DNA of 62,226 bases, filler included, from Choristocarpus tenellus KU-1152 (Eukaryota > Protista > Phaeophyceae): the NCBI GenBank assembly GCA_964200185.2. It is 11 parts of 11 records of this genome, joined end to end, with 100 filler letters (N's around TTAATTAATTAA, not from the genome) between each part and the next. Parts side by side here need not be neighbours in the genome. Positions count along the whole stretch, not along the records: positions 46,686 to 53,160 come from CAXNAD020008060.1; positions 53,261 to 56,300 come from CAXNAD020022757.1; positions 56,401 to 59,280 come from CAXNAD020023970.1; positions 59,381 to 62,226 come from CAXNAD020024248.1; 7 more parts are not named here. The stretch is one strand, 5' to 3'. The notes beneath the pieces were generated by a model that was not told where the DNA came from, made no database searches, and was given only the letters and a program-made list of their open reading frames with translations. Every line of letters starts with the position of its first letter. Positions within the stretch are counted from its first letter, which is position 1. The position numbers were made by a program, and so were the translations under genes. Below, piece by piece: positions 52,101-62,226 of the stretch.

Positions 52101-53160
52101 AATGACCCAGAAATTACAACACAAATGGCTTTTAAAAGAGCCACTGACGCTACATTTCCAACAGTATGTTCTGACAATGGTATGGTGCAGTACAACCCTG
52201 AAAGAAAAATACAGTCATACCCCTGATCCCACATTCAGCTGTGCTGACAGCAACACTCCAACACTCCAGAGCCCAAGCTACCGTCTCCCTTGCCCCATCC
52301 CCACCCTGAAAACAGACCGCATTTCCACTCCAAACCACAAACACACATACTGCATGGGAAAACATGAGTCACAAAATTACCTTGCATACCCAAATGCCGA
52401 CATATCCTTGCATACACACACATGTATATATAAAGTGGTTGGGAACTCTCAGGACTGATCACCTCATCTCTGATCCTTTCCCTGACCAGGGAGCCGTTCT
52501 TGTACACAAGCATCACAAAGTACCTGCCGTTGTCTGTGGGGTCCACCATAACATGGCCCTGGGGAGGCGTATCAAATATTGTGATGTAGCAATATTAATG
52601 TGGTAAAATAGTAAAATAGATTACTTGATCGAGTGTCAAGGGAGTGCTAAGTTTTTTTTTTAGTAATGGGGACAGCAGCGCGCTACTAAAAAAAAATTGA
52701 AAAATTTGGGGCAATCAAAAACGCACCCATAACGTGCAAAACCCTCACCATGAAAGCCTCCGCAATAGGTGCATACACGCCCATGCCTCAACACACCAAC
52801 AGTTACACAAACCCACTGTCCAACCCAACACGCACATCAACACAAAGCACGGACCAAGCAACACCTCAAACTACTCACAAACAATTCTTTTCAAAGCATC
52901 CATCACAACAGTAGAGCCTACGCACACTGTCAGGCGCCATGCATCGAGATAGATGAATTCACAGGAACAATGGGAATCATCTCTATTACATGCTTCTTTT
53001 CCCCCATATATATCCTTTTCCCGTATGTATCCTCTTGCCTCTTCTTGTGGCGTGGGCGCCTTGGTGATGCCCATGACAGTGTCACTGGTCCCTAGGCTAA
53101 CCGCCACTGCGCCTTCCTCCGAAAGACCTAGTGTGGCCAAGCTGCAAGGATTATCACCGC
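49170..53160 (-). CDS. XYLB: Xylulose kinase (FGGY family), C-terminal half
   Basis: Exons 53160-53039 (GDNPCSL...VSLGTSDT), 52558-52463 (GHVMVDP...YKNGSLVRE), 51496-51352 (LFLDLPEITP), 50471-50314 (RAVVEGRFLS...ATGGG), 49984-49719 (VLADVF...SAAVGAA) and 49212-49170, all in phase. Confidence 0.92.
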
Positions 53161-54037
53161 NNNNNNNNNNNNNNNNNNNNNNNNNNNNNNNNNNNNNNNN
53201 NNNNTTAATTAATTAANNNNNNNNNNNNNNNNNNNNNNNNNNNNNNNNNNNNNNNNNNNNGGGTGTCAGGAGGACTTGGGGGGGGGGGGAGTTGTGGGCT
53301 CACTGATGCAGATCCCTCATCCCTCACACAAAATCTCGGCCAATGAAAAACAAAAATGCCCCCTTTCTCTATTTTTTATTTTCAAGCAAAGCACGATCGA
53401 AGAGAACACTTTTTTTTTGTGATGAGATGTCATGTTAGTTAATGCATCAGTTACAGACGGAAAAACAACAACAAAAAAGTATCTATAGTACATCTATAGT
53501 ACATCTATACTACAAAAAACAAAAAAACACACAACCGCAACAGCTTGCATCAGTTACTTGGACACTGTTCACGACCCAGATAAAAGGCAAGGGACTGGGG
53601 AAGAGGTGAGAAAAAAATTCACGGGGAGGACTGGCTAAGATATTAACAGGACTAGAGGGGTGTGTGGGGTGTCTAGGTCACACCCATACCAGCTACAACG
53701 AACAACGTAGGGTGATATGTTATACAATCACAATCACAATCACAATCACAATCAGGTAAACAGCACAGACCTCAGTTAAACTTTTCCCTTGTCTATCCTG
53801 TCACACACTATCTTACAAACACAAACACAAACACATTCACGTACCGTACCATTCAAATCTCTCCCCCCCTACCCCAGTCCTAGCTTCAAAAACGTTGCAC
53901 CCAATCATGTCTATTCTGCAACAAAGAGGGAAAAATTCATAAAGGTGTTAAAAAATATAAAATTCACAATGCCCTCCACAAACACAGCGCAGTACTTGTC
54001 AAGTCTCTCCCCTACCCCCCCACTCATATTTCCCTAC

Positions 54038-55319
54038 CTGTAGCTCTTTGGTGGTGTCTGCCTGAAGCTTGCGTCTCTTCTTGTCCCTCCTTTCATCGGG
54101 GGTTAGCTTCCTAGCCAGGTTGCGGGCATCATGGTTGCTCTTCCTCTGTGCCACTTGACCCATGACAAGCGCCTCTATCTTAGAAGGGTCTGCCACAGCC
54201 TGGTCCCCAAGCACCTGCACTCAGCAGCATTACATACATATATATTTTTTCTTTCACTTTTCATTCAAATTACAAATTACAAACGCACGAGAAAAGTTAC
54301 AGTGCCGTGTGTGTGTTGTGTGTGTTGAAACTTCATACCTCACTGAGGCACTGGATTTGAGTCTATAATAATAATAATAATAATAATAATATAAATAGTA
54401 CAAGCTACGAGAGGAAGAGTGGGCAAAGAATCAGACAAGAAGGCCTACCACCACAGGCTTACTTCATGTTCCAAAACACAAACAAACACACACACACACA
54501 CGCACACGGAAAAATAGACCTGGGGCATGGGGCATATGGCTAGTGTCACAACGGCTGGAGCAAGGGGAGTCAGCCATGTGCATGGCAGGTTAAAACTTGA
54601 AACTTGCAAAACCCTGCTGAGTTTCCATCCAATAACATGACCTAGTGACTCACTAAGGTCACAGTCCCATGTCTCTTTGGTCCAAAACCAGAGACAAGGT
54701 CTGCCCAAACCAGACCTTGCAGCAAGTGGATTACTGCCTCTGTTCAGCATCAGTTCAAACAGTTTGCGAATCAGTTTGCCTCTGGAAAGCCAGAGTGCCT
54801 GTATGCAAAAGCCCCTTACAAGCAAATCAATTCTTCTCATATTTTACTTTTACTGAGGTTGATACAGTAACCTCATCACTTGTTTGTTTTCACAAGATAC
54901 ACAAAATTTCACACCATCTCGTGCATCTACTCCCCTGTTCAAACTGATACCAAATGGAGGAACATATGTATAACACACAATAGCAGCACAAATGTCAATG
55001 ATATGCTATTGATATAATATGACTGCATACAAGACCACTGCACTAGGGTCTATAGAGCCGGTCACCCAGCACACTCCAGGGATAAAGGATACAATCAAGT
55101 ACTTCACTACTCAACACACACCACCACTCTTAAACCTTTCCCACACAGCAAGGCACCCAAAAATCCCTACATGACACATTTCCAGGCTGTGAGATGCCCC
55201 TTTGAAAAAAAGAGATGGTACACCACGTAAAAGACAAGTGCACCTGCATGAAGTTATTTAGCTTCATCTTGGGTGCCGGCGCAGGCATAAGGCCCAGTGC
55301 AATCTTGTCTTGCTTCTCT
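54038..55319 (-). CDS. PRPF3: U4/U6 snRNP protein Prp3, two internal exons
   Basis: EKQDKIALGLMPAPAPKMKLNNFMQ|VLGDQAVADPSKIE...HDARNLARKLTPDERRDKK. Confidence 0.9.
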
Positions 55320-56230
55320 CTGTAACAAGGATGGGTACAGGCACAGGAATAGGCACAGACACACACATACACACAATGCATTGAAGGCGTGTGAGTAATG
55401 GCAGCAACAACTGGTTCCAAAAAGGCGCAACCAGCTTGCATGAGGAAGGTGTACCCTAAGAGTGGTCAAATCAATCGCGCTAAACAATTCAATTATATGG
55501 AGTGTGTGTGTATGGGGGAGGGTATAGGGTCGCTGAGGTGTGAACAAATCTGGTAGAACAAACACTAATCTCACGCAAGTATCACTTCCTAGTCCCCACA
55601 AAAAGTCATCTACTCCATGCAGAACAGATAAGAGTAAGTGCCTACATTGTATTACATTTTATTGCATTACAATACATTTCATGACAATACAATACACTAC
55701 ACTACACTATTGTGGCACTACTTTTCAAACCTTGCACCTTGCACTTGCAAACCATGCCAATATGAAATACATTAACATAGGTATATCCTGATCCATCAAT
55801 CCTCACTCTCAGAGTCCTAAGCCACAAGAAAATGTTCTACTCTCACTCATCGACACAACCTCCCCCCCATCACATATCATACAAAAATGCCACCGTACGC
55901 ATACAACACCATAGACATATAAAAAGCTTAAAAATAACTCAAACCTACCCCCAACACCACAGCAAAACGCCCACCCTCACGCACAAAATAAAGCACCACA
56001 AAAGTCACACCACAACCAACATCAACTTCAACATCAACATCAATACCTACCACAACAGGGCCAACATCAATACCTCAAAACAGCTACCTCCAGTCCATGA
56101 TTAGAGTCCATCACTACAAAGGGCATCCTACCTCTCTCGCTCCATTCTGGCCGTACGTCGAATACGTTTCCTCTCCTTCTTTGTCAAGAACACTTTCATT
56201 GCAGCCTCCCCTGCCCCTGCCCCTTCCCCT

Positions 56231-56264
<34 letters not shown>

Positions 56265-56267
56265 CCC

Positions 56268-56300
<33 letters not shown>

Positions 56301-57031
56301 NNNNNNNNNNNNNNNNNNNNNNNNNNNNNNNNNNNNNNNNNNNNTTAATTAATTAANNNNNNNNNNNNNNNNNNNNNNNNNNNNNNNNNNNNNNNNNNNN
56401 CATGTGACTGAGCATTGGGGAAGACAAAGACGGCGGAGGGGTTGGGGGGGGGAGTTCAAAAGTGTTGTTGTGTGGTTGGGTACTAGATTTGATTGATTCT
56501 TTCTTTGCTGAACATCAAGACAAAGTGACACTCGAGATTTAAAAAATATATACTACCTTATTTATGGACTTTACAAACGGCATCTCAAAGGAGCACAATG
56601 TTTATTTGATCGCTACCTGACATGTAGAACTTAAGTCCAGTAATATGAAGCCAGGGATTATTCCTGTTCAATCAAACCTAGGACACTCACAGATAGGGTG
56701 CAAGCAGAAGAATTTGCCTTTTGCCCCTTGAACTCTTGATGCTAGTTAAGTTATTCAAATATAGCAGGCACCCAACTATGAACACAAACTTACAGCTCTC
56801 AGTAAAGGAGGATAGATAGAATCAATACGTCATCTCAAAACAGAATCATCGCTATCACTCATCCAATACTTCAAAGGGTAGTCAATGTGGCAACAAACTG
56901 TAACTTCAATCCAACAACTGCAGCAAGATGCACTCCATACCACTACAAGCACCCTTCTTTCCACTACATATTAACAGCCCTTCACAGTATAGTCCACCAG
57001 ATTATGTTGGGATCACCTAGGTAGACTTTCA

Positions 57032-58657
<1,626 letters not shown>

Positions 58658-60381
58658 TCACACAAGCATTTTTTTTGTCCGAAATATTTGGGTGGGGTGA
58701 GGGGGGTGAGGGAGTGTGAGAGGTACCTACTGTGTGTGAGGCGGTAAGTAGACTGTGTGAATACTGTACATACTGAACCAGAGGAGATTTGTACTCTACT
58801 CCACAAGACCAAACAAGTGAACATGAGGCAGGAACACACCCTTACCTCTTTTGACACACTCTCAAAAACTTGAGCACGCATCTCCTCAAAAGTGTTCATT
58901 TTTATACTGACGGGGCGGAATCAACTACAACACTCCATGTGTGTATTGTACACTAACATGTAAACACTAAAACTGAAAGCGCTGAGTATGGCACAGCAAT
59001 ACTCCAGCAGTGCAGCACAACAACCAGTATAGAACCTTGCAAACTTAAAATTCAAACATTTCACTTCCTTGTCGAAAAAATATTGACAAAGCATCACACC
59101 TTGCACTGGCGTTTGCAATAAAAAACGCAAAAGTGTCTTAAATCCATGGAGTACACTACAAGCAATGTAACACCCTTAAAAGCAACATGACATACCACCC
59201 AGCCCCCCACAAAGTCCACATGTCCTTTAAGCATTTCCATTTGAAGACGCCGAATAGGCATTGTTAGGTACGAAAACTCANNNNNNNNNNNNNNNNNNNN
59301 NNNNNNNNNNNNNNNNNNNNNNNNTTAATTAATTAANNNNNNNNNNNNNNNNNNNNNNNNNNNNNNNNNNNNNNNNNNNNTACGCCCCAAACATAGGGTC
59401 ATCGAAGTGTGGTATGGAGATCACCCACACCTGTATCATCCCCGTGGGGGCAGAACAAAGAGGGGCCAGGACGGTGTGTGTGTGTGTTGGGGTGACAATA
59501 ATCCTAACTCAAATATTGTAAGGCGTTTTTATCGAATAAAATATTCGTGCTGCTTTCACCACTTCACAACATTTTTTTCTTTTTTATTCCATGTATTTGG
59601 GGTTGTAGGGTGAAGTAGGCGGTGAGGGTACGAGAGTAGAATATGTTTCATGTTCAAACTCTTTATCCCGTGATCACAAGAAAATTAAAAAAAAAAAATG
59701 AAAATTTAAAAAAGTGCAAAACAGTCCTTCCTCAAATAAAAAAAAAATTGAGAGAAAGAGGAGATACCACCACCACTGCTACTGAAAGGAAGTCAAGCCG
59801 GAAGCATCACATTAAAAATACTCCAGTAAGAATCACCACCTTTCTCACCCTCCCTCCCATCATACTGGAAAAAAAGTAGAAAAATAAAGTTCCTACTAAT
59901 ACACACTACTGCTGCTACTGCTACCTCTACTACCACTATTACTACTATTATTATATAGTGAAGGGAAACATTGAGATCATTGTCAATAATCAACATTGCC
60001 TTTTCCCCCTCACTCAGGACTGGCAGAGACACTTTTTCAGTGGTGCCTTGAAATCAGGACATACTCCACCCCCAAAAAATAGCAAAATACCAATATAGAA
60101 TCAAAGAACAAAAACAATATCGGCCGCAATCACTTGACAAACAAACCAAACAAAACCCTGTGTTAAAACTTAAAAAATAACATCACATTTGCCAGATACA
60201 CCTAACTCACACAGCAGGTAGCACAAATAAAAGGCCGATGTTTCCATCTCTGGTCTCTCTCTCTGATTCACTTTTCAAATTTTGATGGGAACGGAAACGG
60301 TTTCAAAAAGACCAAGACAGTTAAATAAAAAGAAAAAGAAAAAAAAGAAAAAAAGAAAAAAAGAAAAAGGGAGCCACTCAC

Positions 60382-61666
60382 TGCTACACAGATGACCCCA
60401 ATGACCACCGTGAGCATATCCCCAAAGTTGTCAAGCTTCTGCTGGAGCGGAGTCTTCTCAGCATCCTCCTTCGCCTCCTACCCTCCAAAGGACACAGTTA
60501 CACACAGTACAACCACAAGAAAGTAATAAAAACATTCCAACACATATTCCAATTCACAAAACATTACAAATTTTTGTTTAAAAAAAAGTCCTCAGGTACA
60601 TAAAGGCATTGTTAAGAGATACGGCAAAAATGTCAAGAGGACAGAGACCACAGTTATGTAATAATAATAATAATCATCATCATCATCATAATCACTCTCC
60701 TGTTACTACAATGCTGATACACTAATTTACAGGGTGGTACAATAGTGGTAAAATATTTTACTATCGTTTCAATTTTTTTTATAATCACCCAAAACTAAAA
60801 AAAAGAAAAGCAGGCGCCACCTCCAATCAAACACCAAAAAAACGCCTTCCCAAGAAATCACACCTGCACTCCAGCAGAGATCTTTCCAATCTCAGTACGC
60901 ATGCCAGTGGCGGTGACCACAGCCCATGCCTGACCTCCGGTGATCATTGTCCCTGAAAAGACCATGTTCCTCTTGGACTGAATCAAGACACAGCCAACAC
61001 CAAGCATACCACCCCGTGGCAAGGGATCAAGACAGGCGATCGTGTTAATACAATACCATTTAATACATTTAATACCATGATGATACAAAAAACAATAAAA
61101 ATGTATCCACAACTTTTCGAAGCAATTTTTCAGGAATTCATTTTTTTAGCTTGATATTTAAATATATAGATGTGTGTGTGTATGTACATGTTAAAAAAAA
61201 AGAAAACCCAAGTTGCAGTTGATGCAAGTTAGATACACCAACACTTCACCCACCTTACCTCAGTAAGTATTTTGCACACACTAACCCTAACCCTAACCCC
61301 AACGAAAAAAACTCATCATAAATTCACCCGCGCATTGCAGCAAACAATCCCCAAGCATCATAATACCAACTCCCCTCCCATCCCCCTTGCCTCCCCAACA
61401 CATCCACACAGAAAAACAAAAATAGATGCTAGTTTCGGCATATATAGAACAAAATACAAACACATTGTACTGCATCACTTCCCACAGGGAAGTGCCCTAA
61501 TTCTCTTCTCCCCCCCCCCAGGTTCACTTCCTCTCACAGTGATAGTGCTCTCTGCAGCCACCGTGTCAGTTCCCTTTGACACAGCTACACTCTCTCCAGT
61601 TAGACTCCCCTCCTCTGCATTGAAGGTGGTTGTCTTTAAGGATAGTACCCTTGCATCTGCCGCCAC
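60382..61666 (-). CDS. P-type IIA (SERCA/ECA-like) Ca2+-ATPase, three internal exons
   Basis: ADAR...SLTGES (61666-61538), NMVFSGT...TGMRTEIGKI (60977-60864), KTPLQQKLDNFG (60477-60382). Confidence 0.92.
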
Positions 61667-62226
61667 CTATGTTTTTTTTTTGTTTGAGAAGACTGTTACA
61701 AACTCATAGATATATAGATAAACAGAAAACAGGAATAAAATTTGATAAATAATAAATTGGATCGAAAATCATCATACTGACCCTGAAAAATATATATCGC
61801 ATACATACATACATACATACATACACGGACCCCAAGCCATCTTCATACCAAATAAAAATAAACTAATCAAACCCCTCCAGGAAATTTCTTTTCAAGCCCT
61901 AATTACTGTAAATACTATCCTCCTCAACACACTGCTCTCCCTCCCTCACCCACAAGTTATACACACAGAAACAAGCACCAACATCCTCTTCCCACCAATC
62001 AACGATCCAAAGAGATCAGTCAACACCAGTCCAACCTCAGAGAGAGAGAGAGAGATCAGAGAGAAAGACCTCTCCTTCTGTTCCTCCCCTCTTTGCTCTA
62101 CAAAATTCTCCAATAAGTATACAGACTTCAAAACAAACCAATCAAAGGACAACGTACCTGTCAACACTAACAAAGAGGCACACAGATGAACAGCTTTTTT
62201 TCCTCCCTCATCCCCCCCCCCCCCCG

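Noticed and set aside
56097-56348. Poly-proline ORF
   Set aside because: Translation of a low-complexity poly-C run at a contig end.
58845-58899. MNTFEEMRAQVFESVSKE as a PGM exon
   Set aside because: It has a GTAAG donor, but no PGM similarity and a phase incompatible with the next PGM exon.
61281-61299. Telomere-like (CCCTAA)n, also near 37232 and 46028
   Set aside because: Only 2-3 units in intronic or low-complexity sequence; not a chromosome end.

Overview
Eukaryotic, intron-rich, transposon-dense sequence. The gene and TE repertoire suggests a stramenopile such as a brown alga, but that is inference only. The window is 11 contigs joined by artificial 100-nt spacers (N44-TTAATTAATTAA-N44), so neighbourhood across gaps is not trustworthy. 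Host genes assembled by hand from exons: a TMTC-like TPR membrane glycosyltransferase, a WD40 protein, a 95-aa secreted Cys-rich protein missed by the ORF track, xylulokinase, and fragments of PRP3, phosphoglucomutase and a SERCA-type Ca2+-ATPase. Mobile DNA: nested Ty1/copia remnants and solo LTRs, a CRE-like non-LTR element, a DIRS/Ngaro tyrosine-recombinase retroelement, and Harbinger and Tc1/IS630-like transposase remnants. There are also about 20 copies or ends of three short non-autonomous TIR families (A, B, F). The most striking observation is that these three families have unrelated interiors yet share a bipartite end: a terminal (GAG)YSAAAGTA box plus an internal CATTT box. The spacing between the boxes differs by about 10 bp (one helical turn) between the two ends, reminiscent of the RAG/Transib 12/23 asymmetry. 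A decayed DDE transposase lying inside one such end is a candidate autonomous partner.
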